Below are positions 1-9,458 of a stretch of 64,000 nt of DNA, one piece after another. Positions within the stretch are counted from its first letter, which is position 1, and each line of letters begins with the position of its first letter. Under the pieces are notes generated by a model. The model was not told where the DNA came from and made no database searches. It worked only from the letters and a program-made list of their open reading frames with translations. The DNA lies in IMG/VR virus record IMGVR_UViG_3300037400_002076, positions 7,717-71,716 of that record. The stretch is one strand, 5' to 3'. This DNA comes from a virus (lineage: Duplodnaviria > Caudoviricetes). A program made the translations under genes and the position numbers.

Positions 1-110
1 ATCTTTAGTGCAAAACCATTTCTCAATAATTCCACCTGCTTATATTTACACTGTATTTCTCTCACAATCTGCTCTAATTTTTCAACTCTATTTTCTAGCT
101 TTTCTTCCAT
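1..110 (-). CDS. Partial hypothetical protein (runs off window start)
   Basis: ATG at 110 after an AGAGG RBS; open frame MEEKLENRVEKLEQIVRE... to the window edge. Confidence 0.5.
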   Translation of the reverse strand, partial: MEEKLENRVEKLEQIVREIQCKYKQVELLRNGFALK

Positions 111-121
111 ATCAACCTCTT

Positions 122-328
122 TTAAGACGGCTTTCTCTTGTAAACAATCTTAAACCACTGCTCGTAATCTTCGCCTTTTTCATAGATAGCGTTTGACGGC
201 AAAACCTCTACCCTGTTTATCTCTATGCCTTTATCGGATAGCTGTTCTACTCGCTCTTCGATCTGTGATTCAACCCATTCACCTATGGTACTCATTACCA
301 TTTCTTTGTCTTTCTTTTTCTTACCCAT
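122..328 (-). CDS. Hypothetical protein
   Basis: 68-aa ORF, co-oriented with neighbours. Confidence 0.6.
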   Translation of the reverse strand: MGKKKKDKEMVMSTIGEWVESQIEERVEQLSDKGIEINRVEVLPSNAIYEKGEDYEQWFKIVYKRKPS

Positions 329-405
329 AAAAAACCTCGCTTAAACAAAGCTAATACTAGCTCAATTCTAAACGAGGTTCAATAAACAATTGCAAAAATT
401 TTGAT

Positions 406-597
406 TTACTTATCACTCACAGATCGCTCAACTACTCCCTCTAACTTGCATTTGTCTAACGGCATTATCTCTATCGGCTTTACTGCTATCGGCTCTCGCT
501 TCTCTAATATGCTAACTACCGCATGTCTGAATATACTATACTCACTCCTGTACTTATCTTTCTTCCCGTTCATCTCGCACCTCAATATAATTTGCAT
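406..597 (-). CDS. Hypothetical protein
   Basis: 63-aa ORF, co-oriented with neighbours. Confidence 0.5.
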   Translation of the reverse strand: MQIILRCEMNGKKDKYRSEYSIFRHAVVSILEKREPIAVKPIEIMPLDKCKLEGVVERSVSDK

Positions 598-700
598 TTA
601 ACTTGAAAAATTTGTCATTTCATATTACGTATAATTTTTATACTCTCGTTCTCGGTGGTACTATATCATCACGTTTTAATCAGACACAGGAGAAACGCAA

Positions 701-1429
701 ATGGATGAAGTAACTCACACTATTGTAGAACAACCTAACAATCCTTGGGGCGGCACAGCCCTCGGTGCAGGTTTTGGCGGTTTAATCGGTAGCTGGCTCG
801 GCAACGGCTTCGGCGGTTTCGGTTGGGGTAATCGTGGCAACGCAAATGTAGGCTATGACACTGGCGCTATCAACGGCATCTCTCAACAGGTTAACGCTGT
901 TCAGCAACAGATCGCTAATGCAGATCGTGACTTCCTTATGCAGACTAGTCAGCAAAACCAATTTTTAGGCAACCTCGTTAATGATACCACAGACGCTATC
1001 GTTAGTGCCGTTAACATGGGAGCTAACTCAACTCAATCCGCTTTATTCCAGAATACTTTAACACAGGTTCAGGGTCAGGCTGCAACCAACCTCGGCATTT
1101 GCAGTGGTGTTAACACTCTGTCTAATGCAATCGGTAGTGTAAACAACAACATCACTGAACAGGGTTATGAATCAAGATTACAGGCTCAACAGCTTGCATC
1201 TCAACAGCAACAATGCTGCTGTCAAGTAATTAAGACTGTAACTGATGAGGGTTGTGCTAATAGAGAATTACAACGTGCAATTCAGTACGAAAACACTCGT
1301 GATGAACTCGCACAGTCTCGTGCTAGAGAAGCCGCCCTTGCTAATCAGTTATTTACAGTGACAGCTATTGCAAATCAGACACAGGCAATTATTTCAGCAC
1401 TGAAACCAACTACAAGCTCAGGCAGCTAA
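701..1429 (+). CDS. Glycine-zipper, Gln/Asn-rich protein with CCC motif (function unknown)
   Basis: AGGAG RBS; N-terminal GGTALGAGFGGLIGSWLGNGFGGFGWG; Q/N-rich coiled-coil body; QQQQCCC motif. Confidence 0.85.
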   Translation: MDEVTHTIVEQPNNPWGGTALGAGFGGLIGSWLGNGFGGFGWGNRGNANVGYDTGAINGISQQVNAVQQQIANADRDFLMQTSQQNQFLGNLVNDTTDAIVSAVNMGANSTQSALFQNTLTQVQGQAATNLGICSGVNTLSNAIGSVNNNITEQGYESRLQAQQLASQQQQCCCQVIKTVTDEGCANRELQRAIQYENTRDELAQSRAREAALANQLFTVTAIANQTQAIISALKPTTSSGS

Positions 1430-1452
1430 AGTTTTAGTATTCTATCACGTTC

Positions 1453-1481
1453 AAAGCGACAGCGCAATCTGTCGCTTTTTT
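1453..1481 (+). terminator. Intrinsic terminator
   Basis: AAAGCGACAG-cgcaat-CTGTCGCTTTTTT. Confidence 0.8.
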
Positions 1482-1496
1482 GCTAGGAGAACCACT

Positions 1497-1844
1497 ATGA
1501 TTAAAACTCACATCTATACTATCAAAGACGGCGAACACGACGAAACTCACCACGAAGCAAAGGATCAGCTTGTAACTAAATCTGATAAATCTATCATTGA
1601 TAACTATAAAGGCTCTTCCGATTACATGTTCATGGATAACTGCCGTAAAGTAGACGAAAAACGCCCTGTTACATGGGCTAAATATCCAAACACTATATCA
1701 GGTGCTAACGAAATCATCTCTATGGAGTATAATGAACTCATGGCTAACGCTAAAGCAGGTGATTTAAAATCCTGGGAGACTAATCTTTACCACCTTTCCG
1801 TAGCCCTGTTACATGCTTGGAGAATCTACAATGGCAACAAGTAA
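1497..1844 (+). CDS. Hypothetical protein
   Basis: AGGAG RBS, 115 aa. Confidence 0.8.
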   Translation: MIKTHIYTIKDGEHDETHHEAKDQLVTKSDKSIIDNYKGSSDYMFMDNCRKVDEKRPVTWAKYPNTISGANEIISMEYNELMANAKAGDLKSWETNLYHLSVALLHAWRIYNGNK

Positions 1845-2430
1845 TATCGCTTTTGATTATCTGTCAAACCCTCTGTATAACAACTTTGGCGTCGGTCAGA
1901 ATAATCAGACTATACAACCTAACCCACAGGGTAATATCCCTTTTAACAAAAACGAGGTACAGTCTCTCGGCTTACGTCAGCTAATGAATTTCAACGTTAT
2001 CCCTAGCTTTACCGATAGTGACGGCAAAACTTGGCGATTAGTTAAATCTGCAAATGACTCAAGCGTTGAGATCCCGGACCCTCGATTTGTGCAAGTCAGC
2101 GACTATTGGGTACATGAATTTCCTAACACTTCTGGCAAGGTGTTTCTCTATGTTGTTGAGGGGATCAAACAACCTCGCAATACAGGCGAACGACCTGTGA
2201 GAGTGCTGTATCAATGGTTTTCAACAAAGTGCGTTATGACGTTTAATCCACAGCTTATCACTCAAAATGAATGGTTGAGAGCAAACGTTTATACCGCACC
2301 GATAACTGATAGCAGATTGAGTAAACTCTCTGCATTATGTGGTATAGAAATGCCAACCGATGATACCACTAATACTGCCGTTCCGTCTGATAACAACGAG
2401 CCAGACATAGATCTTGATAGCTTGAGGTAA
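1831..2430 (+). CDS. Hypothetical protein with N/Q/P-rich N-terminus
   Basis: GGAG RBS favours ATG 1831 over 1813; overlaps the upstream stop. Confidence 0.8.
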   Translation: MATSNIAFDYLSNPLYNNFGVGQNNQTIQPNPQGNIPFNKNEVQSLGLRQLMNFNVIPSFTDSDGKTWRLVKSANDSSVEIPDPRFVQVSDYWVHEFPNTSGKVFLYVVEGIKQPRNTGERPVRVLYQWFSTKCVMTFNPQLITQNEWLRANVYTAPITDSRLSKLSALCGIEMPTDDTTNTAVPSDNNEPDIDLDSLR

Positions 2431-2433
2431 AGT

Positions 2434-2676
2434 ATGGAAGATGATATTGAATTGCCAAAGGGTAAAATAACCGACGAGGTAACGCCTTATACGAACGTAA
2501 TTAAGCGTAACGTAAAGCAGTTATTGCAGTCAGACCTGAATCAAAATAATCTCTTTAATGCAATAATGGCAAAAGGTGTAAAGTTAATGAGCGGTGATCA
2601 TTCAGACCAAACTCTTGTTGATTTTGCCTCTCTGTTGATTACCTATAAAATTAAGTTTGCCAAAGATAAAAAGTGA
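2434..2676 (+). CDS. Hypothetical protein
   Basis: 80 aa, GAGG RBS, translationally coupled. Confidence 0.75.
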   Translation: MEDDIELPKGKITDEVTPYTNVIKRNVKQLLQSDLNQNNLFNAIMAKGVKLMSGDHSDQTLVDFASLLITYKIKFAKDKK

Positions 2677-2685
2677 TGATAAAAT
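2657..2685 (+). promoter_or_regulatory. Sigma70-type promoter with extended -10
   Basis: TTGCCA-N17-TAAAAT with TG at -15/-14. Confidence 0.65.
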
Positions 2686-2726
2686 GCTGTTTTCGTTGAT
2701 TGGTTATTTTCAAGGAGAACAGCATT

Positions 2727-3374
2727 ATGTTCATGGCTTTTGAGGGTGGTGACGGCTGTGGTAAAACATCAGCTATCGCTTATATAAAGAAAAAGTTAGA
2801 CACGGTTCAAAAAGACTCCGCAATTGTCCTTAACGATTGGCATGGTGAATACGGCAATCACTGTAAACGCACTCTGACTACTCACCCTTATCTCGACGAC
2901 ATCACACGCCTGCAACTCGTGGAGAACTGTCGCTCTCACTCTATAAACAACGTCAATGATAAGCTATCACAGGGTAAAATCGTTCTCTATGATCGCTTCG
3001 TTCTGTCTACTTATGCGTATCAGTCAAGCCTCGGTATCGGCTCGCTAGATCCGACCGTTATCACAAAATTCGCCGATAAGGATATAAGAACGTTGAGAGA
3101 AAAACCTGTTTACGTTATCCTTAAAGGTGTTGATTATGACACTCAACAAGAGCGTATAAAGACTCGCAATTCTTCTGTAATCGATGTGTTTGACTTCATG
3201 GGTAGAGATAAGTACGAAAAGATACAAAACTTTTATGACAACGCAACTCAATTGCTTTTGCTGTTTCATAACAGACCTAATGTTATCTTTATCGACAACT
3301 CTCAGGATGTAGAACATCTGCATAAGCAACTCGACAGAATTGTTAATCTTATTTTAGATAGACAAAAGGACTAG
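2727..3374 (+). CDS. tmk: Thymidylate (dTMP) kinase
   Basis: P-loop FEGGDGCGKT and the YDRF motif; AAGGAG RBS before ATG 2727. Confidence 0.9.
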   Translation: MFMAFEGGDGCGKTSAIAYIKKKLDTVQKDSAIVLNDWHGEYGNHCKRTLTTHPYLDDITRLQLVENCRSHSINNVNDKLSQGKIVLYDRFVLSTYAYQSSLGIGSLDPTVITKFADKDIRTLREKPVYVILKGVDYDTQQERIKTRNSSVIDVFDFMGRDKYEKIQNFYDNATQLLLLFHNRPNVIFIDNSQDVEHLHKQLDRIVNLILDRQKD

Positions 3375-3379
3375 TTATT

Positions 3380-3838
3380 ATGAAAATGAATCTTGATGTT
3401 GATTTGGCTCAGGAACTTAAAGAACCTCTGCCAAAAGGTACTTACATTCTCGAATATTCACGAGACGGCTTCTCAAACTCCGATACGATTATCGACATCT
3501 ACTGCACCGTACTGCAAGCAGACGATCCTAAACTTGTCGGCGAGACATGTAAGATACAAACCTGTTTCAGCAACGAAAATAAGCGTATCGTGGCTATAGG
3601 CAACTCTATCCGTAACCAAATCTTTAAGGCTTGTATCGGCAAGGATCTGTTTGAAGCTGAACAAAAGAAAGGAGGTATCGCAACCTCTAAACTTTACGGC
3701 TGTAAATTTCAGTGCAATGTAGATCTCAAACAGACTGAATATGGACTGTCTCCATACAAGAATGTCTTTAATGGTTTTAAATGTATCTTAACCGAAGAAG
3801 AACAGGCTGAATTAGCCAAGACAAAATTCGTTGATTAA
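3380..3838 (+). CDS. Hypothetical protein, possibly DUF669-like ssDNA-binding
   Basis: N-terminal EPLPKGTY resembles DUF669-type phage SSB starts (recall only). Confidence 0.5.
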   Translation: MKMNLDVDLAQELKEPLPKGTYILEYSRDGFSNSDTIIDIYCTVLQADDPKLVGETCKIQTCFSNENKRIVAIGNSIRNQIFKACIGKDLFEAEQKKGGIATSKLYGCKFQCNVDLKQTEYGLSPYKNVFNGFKCILTEEEQAELAKTKFVD

Positions 3839-3858
3839 GACCTGCAATAATTTTTGAC

Positions 3859-3900
3859 AAAGCCTGTACTCTGTTATAATGAGTGCGGGCTTTTTCTTTT
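3859..3900 (+). terminator. Intrinsic terminator whose loop contains an extended -10 box
   Basis: AAAGCCTGTACTC-TGTTATAAT-GAGTGCGGGCTTTTTCTTTT. Confidence 0.7.
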
Positions 3901-3914
3901 GAGGAGAAATACAA

Positions 3915-4472
3915 ATGAATTTTATTATCGAAGATGGGTCAAACGTGCCTAATGCAAATGCTTATACCTCTGTCGAATTTGCTGATATGTATTTCGACGA
4001 CAGGGGTATTACAGCATGGAGTGATTTCACTACCGAACAAAAACAACAAAGAATTGTCATAGCTACTCAATACATTGATACACGTTGGTTTAATCAGTTT
4101 AAGGGCGAACAGTTTTACGAAGATCAGTCGCTTCAATTCCCGCGTGATTTCTGGACTACAAAAGTTACTGACCCTGTTACTGAAGAAGTGATAGTAGTTC
4201 CTATCATGCCAACAGTCTTACTGCAAGCCTGTTGTGAATATGCCTTTGCCGTAAATGGCGAAACAATGTCTCTTGCAGGTAATTTTGAAACCTCCGAAAC
4301 AGGCGATAGAATCAAGCGTAAAAAGGAACAGGTTGGTACTCTGCAAACCGATACTGAATATTTTTCACCTGGCAACGCACAGGGTAGCGTATGGGCGACT
4401 TACACTATCGCTGATAACCTTATGAACCCATTACTTGCACAAAGGGTTGTATGGCGTTGTATTCGTAATTAG
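3915..4472 (+). CDS. Head-tail adaptor (DnaT-like/DnaT_2 family)
   Basis: MNFIIEDGSNVPNANAYTSVEFADMYF...QSLQFPR...ACCEYA pattern; first gene of the neck module. Confidence 0.8.
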   Translation: MNFIIEDGSNVPNANAYTSVEFADMYFDDRGITAWSDFTTEQKQQRIVIATQYIDTRWFNQFKGEQFYEDQSLQFPRDFWTTKVTDPVTEEVIVVPIMPTVLLQACCEYAFAVNGETMSLAGNFETSETGDRIKRKKEQVGTLQTDTEYFSPGNAQGSVWATYTIADNLMNPLLAQRVVWRCIRN

Positions 4473-4482
4473 GAGTAATGCC

Positions 4483-4914
4483 ATGCAAAAAGAAAATTAT
4501 ATAAAATACGTTGAAATGGCGAAAAAACTCATCGGTAAATATGGCACAACGTTAGAGGTAATCTGCGGTGCTAATATCCACGATGATGATGAGCCTTTTG
4601 AGGTTGATACCGATCAGGAAGTAACATACACTACAACAGGTATTATCATGCCACCTGTTCGTGGTATTTATTTCCAGGGTACTCGTTTCGGTCTACACAA
4701 TGTAATGGAGAACGGTTTGTTTGATGATAAGTTCTCCTGCTTCCTGCTTCCTGTGTATGACAGTGAGGGTAAAATTATCGACATTTCAACCGCCACTCAT
4801 ATAAAGCGTAAGTCGGTTGACGGTGTTGACGAAAGCAGGTTTAAAGTTTATTTCTGCGATACCATGAAACCTGCGGATAAGGTTATCCTTTTCTCTTATG
4901 GTTTAGGCAGATAA
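4483..4914 (+). CDS. Head closure protein (putative)
   Basis: Position after the adaptor; AKKLIGKYG start; AGGAG RBS before ATG 4483. Confidence 0.6.
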   Translation: MQKENYIKYVEMAKKLIGKYGTTLEVICGANIHDDDEPFEVDTDQEVTYTTTGIIMPPVRGIYFQGTRFGLHNVMENGLFDDKFSCFLLPVYDSEGKIIDISTATHIKRKSVDGVDESRFKVYFCDTMKPADKVILFSYGLGR

Positions 4915-4925
4915 CGAGGTGAATC

Positions 4926-5357
4926 ATGCTACTTGAAAACACTATCGATAATGTGAACTACATGAAAAAACTTTTTGCTGATTGGTGGAAAGAAAAAGGG
5001 TATAACCCAAAATACGTCGTATATCAGAATGTGTTAAGCACTACCCCTACAGAGAATGTGCCGTTCGCTGTATTTGACATTGTTCACACAGGTGCGGACC
5101 GATGTGCCTTAACAGGTATCTCTCATGCTCGTTTCAGACAATCTGGCTTTGTAACTGTTCAGCTTTTAGTACCTACCAACACAGGTATGAAAGAACTGTA
5201 TAATCTTACGCAGGAGATACTTAACCTGTATCGCAAACCACCTGCCGATTGTCCTATCAATTTCGGCGGCTTTTCGTTCAGAGAAAGTGATATACGCTAT
5301 AAAGATTTTTTTAAATGCACAATTACTATAGGTTTTAATTACGACTTTTTACTCTGA
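4926..5357 (+). CDS. Tail terminator protein (putative)
   Basis: Immediately upstream of the tail tube; RQSGFVTVQLLVPTNTG motif. Confidence 0.65.
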   Translation: MLLENTIDNVNYMKKLFADWWKEKGYNPKYVVYQNVLSTTPTENVPFAVFDIVHTGADRCALTGISHARFRQSGFVTVQLLVPTNTGMKELYNLTQEILNLYRKPPADCPINFGGFSFRESDIRYKDFFKCTITIGFNYDFLL

Positions 5358-5388
5358 TATGCACAAAATCTATATTTGCTTGAAACAG

Positions 5389-5397
5389 TGATATAAT
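5389..5397 (+). promoter_or_regulatory. Extended -10 promoter
   Basis: TGATATAAT about 40 nt upstream of the tail-tube ATG. Confidence 0.55.
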
Positions 5398-5438
5398 ACG
5401 CATGTCATAAGTTTGTTTTAGCTAAAAGGAATTTAACC

Positions 5439-6968
5439 ATGACTAAAGTATTAAAAATTGACTCAGCTTCCGTCGGTATTTATATAGCCAAGGAACAATC
5501 TATCAATGTCCTGCCACAGAACCCAGTTTGGCAACAGCTCGAACCAAGTGAAGTAGGCGACATCGGTGGCGAAACAACTCAAACCCCTCGTACTATCATC
5601 AGACCTGACCGCCAGAACAACAGAGGTGCTATCACCGATTTGTCTGCTTCTGCTGATTTTACACAGGAACTTTCTCAATCAAATGCTAATGAGCTGTTTC
5701 AAGGCTTCTGCTTCGCACAGGCTCACGAACCATTTACCACAAAGCCTCTTAACACAGCAGGTACTACCGTAACAGCAGGTGACGGCACTTTTACCCTCAC
5801 CGATACTACTTACGATACTTCCTCTGTTATCGCAGGCAATTTGGTTAAGGCTAGTGGCTTTGAAACCGCAGCTAATAACGGCGTGTTTGAAGTAGCTTCC
5901 GTTTCCGACAATGTAATCACTCTCGCATCAGATAGTGGCGTTACCGCCGAAGCTGTAGGTGATGGTGTGGTTGAAGTTGTTGGTTATCGTACTTCTGCAA
6001 GCATTACTGTTAGTGGTAAGGTTAAGCTCGTGTTTGACGATGCTGACAACCTCGGTCTTGAGCTCGGTCAGTGGATCTTCGTTGGTGGTGATACTAACAA
6101 GTTTACTACTAACGGCACTTTCTTCGCTCGTATCTCTGCAATTGAATCAAGTGGTTTAACTCTTGACTTTACTACAGGTGAATCCGCTATCGTTGCCGAA
6201 GAATCAACCAATATCGATATTTTCTATGGTGTAACTATCCATAACGAAAAGGACATCGACAAGATCAAGCGTACTACCTACACTATCGAAGAACGTCTTG
6301 ACTACGCCGACCAGGAACGTACTATCCCACAGGCTTCTTATGTTTCAGGTTGTGTTCCGTCAGAAATGACCATCACCATCGAAAACTCCGCTCTGTCAAA
6401 GATTCAGTACACTTTCACTGGCTGTAGATTCTACACTCGTAAGGGTAGTCTCATGGATGGTACTCGCCTTGAGCCTTGGGATGAAAAGGGTTATAACGAC
6501 GCTAACGAAGTTTATCTCTCTTGCCTGTCTACTGTCTCAAACGACCCTACCGAAACTGCACCTACCGCTATGTTCGCTTTTATGAGCAGCGGTAATATCT
6601 CAATCAACAACAATACCTCTGAAAATAAGGCTGTTGGTTGTCTCGGTGCTTTCGATATTTCGGTCGGCAAGTTTGATGTAACAGCTAGCCCGAATGTATA
6701 TTTTACCGACGTTGACTCAATTACGGCATTACAAAACAATACCGACGTAGGTATGCAGATTATACTTTCTCGTAACAACGAGGGTATTATCTTTGATATT
6801 CCTATGATGGGTATGGGTGCGTCAATTCCTAGCGTAAGTGAGGGAGAACCTATCACTATGGATCTGACTGCCAATGGTGCGAAGAGTAAGTACGGCTATA
6901 CATTTGCGTTCTTAAACTTCCATTATCTGCCTGATGTAGCGATGGCGAGTGAACACAACGCATTTTAG
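5439..6968 (+). CDS. Major tail tube protein (Phage_tube_2-like) with inserted beta-rich domain
   Basis: WQQLEPSEVGDIGGETTQTPRTIIRPDRQNNRGAITDLSASADF; synteny before the chaperone and tape measure. Confidence 0.85.
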   Translation: MTKVLKIDSASVGIYIAKEQSINVLPQNPVWQQLEPSEVGDIGGETTQTPRTIIRPDRQNNRGAITDLSASADFTQELSQSNANELFQGFCFAQAHEPFTTKPLNTAGTTVTAGDGTFTLTDTTYDTSSVIAGNLVKASGFETAANNGVFEVASVSDNVITLASDSGVTAEAVGDGVVEVVGYRTSASITVSGKVKLVFDDADNLGLELGQWIFVGGDTNKFTTNGTFFARISAIESSGLTLDFTTGESAIVAEESTNIDIFYGVTIHNEKDIDKIKRTTYTIEERLDYADQERTIPQASYVSGCVPSEMTITIENSALSKIQYTFTGCRFYTRKGSLMDGTRLEPWDEKGYNDANEVYLSCLSTVSNDPTETAPTAMFAFMSSGNISINNNTSENKAVGCLGAFDISVGKFDVTASPNVYFTDVDSITALQNNTDVGMQIILSRNNEGIIFDIPMMGMGASIPSVSEGEPITMDLTANGAKSKYGYTFAFLNFHYLPDVAMASEHNAF

Positions 6969-6988
6969 TCGTTAGAGTAAAGTAAAAC

Positions 6989-7019
6989 AAAGGCTAGGTA
7001 GAAATATCTAGCCTTTTTT
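6989..7019 (+). terminator. Intrinsic terminator
   Basis: AAAGGCTAGG-tagaaata-TCTAGCCTTTTTT. Confidence 0.8.
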
Positions 7020-7020
7020 A

Positions 7021-7048
7021 TTGACTCTTTTGTTTTTGGTAGTATGAT
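7021..7048 (+). promoter_or_regulatory. Sigma70-type promoter for the Hef-like gene
   Basis: TTGACT-N16-TATGAT directly after the terminator. Confidence 0.6.
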
Positions 7049-7078
7049 ATGTTTATCTAGGTAATTTAGAGGTGAACA

Positions 7079-8902
7079 ATGAGTAACAAAAGGCAAACTA
7101 CTTTAACAGAAATGTTAAACAAAACAAAAGAGCTTATCGACAATGGTAAAGATGTAAAATCAGCATGTAAGGAAGTGCTGTTAAACACGCCTAATGTAGA
7201 GCGTTACAGAGCGTATTACTTTCAGTTGGTTGACAATGTTTTTCCTGAATTAAAAGCGAGTTTAGATCAAAAGTATTTCAAAAACTTTAAACACGGCAAT
7301 AAATTTCTGTGGGAGTTTATAACTGATACATGTCATACCTGTAAGATGTGCGGAAAGATTATTCCATCTGTACATGAATACTGTTCAAAAACATGTATGG
7401 AAAGCGACAGAGAAGTTATCAATAAGCGTGTTAAACAGACACTTGTTGAAAAATTTGGCGAAGATGGATTACGCTGTAAAGAAATAGCAGAAAAGAAAAA
7501 GCGTACAAATCTTGCTAAATACGGTTGCGAATACGCTAGTCAGAACGAAGATGTTAAACGTAAAGCGTTAGAGACAAATAAGCGTAATCATGGTGGTATA
7601 TTAGCCATGCACAATCCGTTGATTAAAGCAAAAATAGTCGAAACAAATTTGCAGAAGTATGGTGTTAGGTGTGCAAGTCAAGCACAGGAGGTTAAAGACA
7701 AAATCAGACAGACAAACATGGATAGATATGGTTATATATGTAACTTTGCAGATCCTCAAAAACGTGCTGAATATGAGCAAATCTGCATCGAAAAACACGG
7801 AGAAAATTATAAGCAACTGAGCAGAGAAAAAGCCAAAAAAACTTTCTTTAAAAAGCATGGTGTTGAGAACTTTCAGCAGTTAAACAGACCGCATGTAGAG
7901 ATGTACAATCGTGAAGATGTGCTTGAAAACTTTATTGATGAAAACAACGAGTTTATGATACACGAGTTTTGCGTTTTTTTTAAAGTCGGCAGATGTATGG
8001 CTGATAGATTTAAACGAGAAAACAACATAACCAACAGAAACAACGATTGGCATCGTGGCAGGAGTAGTATAGCCGAAGAAGAATTGTTTAAATCTATCCC
8101 TTGCGAGAACAAATATCAGAACGACAAAAACATCTTAAACGGTTTAGAGTTAGACATGGTTTTACCTGATATAAAACTAGCGATTGAGTTTGACGGTATT
8201 TACTGGCACTCGTTACAGAATGGCAAGGACATGAATTATCATTTAAACAAAACCAAAGGTTGTGCTGATAAAGGCTATCAGTTATTTCATGTGTTTGAAG
8301 ATGATGATATGGAAATATGGAAGTCTATGATTAACAACAAACTTGGTTTAAACCAGCGTATTTATGCTCGTAAGTGCGAAATAAGAGAGGTTGATTTTGA
8401 AGAAAGTTTGAATTTTCTCGACAATAACCATTTGCAAGGTTCATGCCCTAGCAGTATCAGATATGGTCTGTATTACAATAACGAGCTAGTACAGCTTATT
8501 ACTTTTGGCAAATCTCGTTTTGATAAAAAGTATGATTATGAGTTGTTACGCTTGTGTACGCTAAAAGGTTGTTGTGTTGTGGGTGGTGCTAGTAAGTTGT
8601 TCAAGCATTTTATTCGCAACCATCAAGGAACAATAATTAGTTATGCCAACAGACGATTTAGCAAAGGTGATGTTTATAAGCAACTTGGCTTTGAGTTTAA
8701 AGGCGAAACAAAACCTAATTATTATTATGTTAAAGGGGATCAGACTTATTCTCGCTTAAAATTCCAAAAGCATAAGTTAGCACAAGTGTTAGATAATTAT
8801 GATCCTAATTTAACAGAATATGAAAACATGCTGAATAATGGTTACGACAAGATTTATGACTGTGGCAATCTTGTATTTGAGTATCTCAAACAAAATTTTT
8901 AA
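7079..8902 (+). CDS. Hef-like free-standing endonuclease (Zn finger, T..KYG repeats, Vsr/DUF559-like nuclease, GNAT-like C-terminus), paralog 1
   Basis: CHTCKMCG..YCSKTC; repeats TNLAKYG/TNLQKYG/TNMDRYG; ELDMVLPDIKLAIEFDGIYWHS; ARKCEIREV..FLDNNHLQG..VVGGASKLF..ISYANRRFS. Confidence 0.7.
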   Translation: MSNKRQTTLTEMLNKTKELIDNGKDVKSACKEVLLNTPNVERYRAYYFQLVDNVFPELKASLDQKYFKNFKHGNKFLWEFITDTCHTCKMCGKIIPSVHEYCSKTCMESDREVINKRVKQTLVEKFGEDGLRCKEIAEKKKRTNLAKYGCEYASQNEDVKRKALETNKRNHGGILAMHNPLIKAKIVETNLQKYGVRCASQAQEVKDKIRQTNMDRYGYICNFADPQKRAEYEQICIEKHGENYKQLSREKAKKTFFKKHGVENFQQLNRPHVEMYNREDVLENFIDENNEFMIHEFCVFFKVGRCMADRFKRENNITNRNNDWHRGRSSIAEEELFKSIPCENKYQNDKNILNGLELDMVLPDIKLAIEFDGIYWHSLQNGKDMNYHLNKTKGCADKGYQLFHVFEDDDMEIWKSMINNKLGLNQRIYARKCEIREVDFEESLNFLDNNHLQGSCPSSIRYGLYYNNELVQLITFGKSRFDKKYDYELLRLCTLKGCCVVGGASKLFKHFIRNHQGTIISYANRRFSKGDVYKQLGFEFKGETKPNYYYVKGDQTYSRLKFQKHKLAQVLDNYDPNLTEYENMLNNGYDKIYDCGNLVFEYLKQNF

Positions 8903-8906
8903 TTTG

Positions 8907-8915
8907 TGTTATAAT
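8907..8915 (+). promoter_or_regulatory. Extended -10 promoter
   Basis: TGTTATAAT about 40 nt upstream of the chaperone ATG. Confidence 0.55.
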
Positions 8916-8957
8916 CTTATTCGCTTTTGTATTTCTCTTTATATAAGGATTAAAACT

Positions 8958-9458
8958 ATGGCTAGTTTTGTTTCAAGTATCCGAGCTGATAAAAATTTAG
9001 AAAACTCTGGCGTTTGGGTTAGTTATACCGACAAGCCTAACGACGACGGCACTGTTCCTGAATTTAAGATCAAGCGTGTTTCTATCACTAATACTGCTTA
9101 TCAGGCAAAGATTAACCCTATCTTAAAGCGTATCGAAAATCTTAACGCTTCAAAGAATGATGATAATATCATTTCAGAAGTGGTGTCTCTTAACATCGAA
9201 CTGATTAGGGTTTACCTCGATGAAATGCTTGTGGATTGGCGTAACGTTAAAGATGATGTGTACGATCCAAAGACAGGTGAACGTGTGTACGACAATGACG
9301 GCAGACTTATGTTCGAGGAAATTCCTTACTCAAAGGAAATGGCTAGAGAACTGTTAGCTAATGCAGACGCTATCAACGACGCTAAATGGTTAATGGAACA
9401 AAGCGGTAATATCTCTAACTTCCTCACAAGTAACAGAAAAGCCAATTTAAAACACTAA
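8958..9458 (+). CDS. Tail assembly chaperone (gpG-like)
   Basis: AAGGA RBS before ATG 8958; position upstream of the tape measure; slippery site near its end. Confidence 0.8.
   Translation: MASFVSSIRADKNLENSGVWVSYTDKPNDDGTVPEFKIKRVSITNTAYQAKINPILKRIENLNASKNDDNIISEVVSLNIELIRVYLDEMLVDWRNVKDDVYDPKTGERVYDNDGRLMFEEIPYSKEMARELLANADAINDAKWLMEQSGNISNFLTSNRKANLKH
9446..9452 (+). other. Programmed -1 ribosomal frameshift site T TTA AAA
   Basis: X XXY YYZ heptamer in the 0 frame just before stop 9456-9458; the -1 frame is open from 9446 to 9856. Confidence 0.8.

Noticed and set aside
8838-8957. N-terminal extension of the chaperone ORF
   Set aside because: Overlaps the upstream gene and promoter; the RBS supports ATG 8958.
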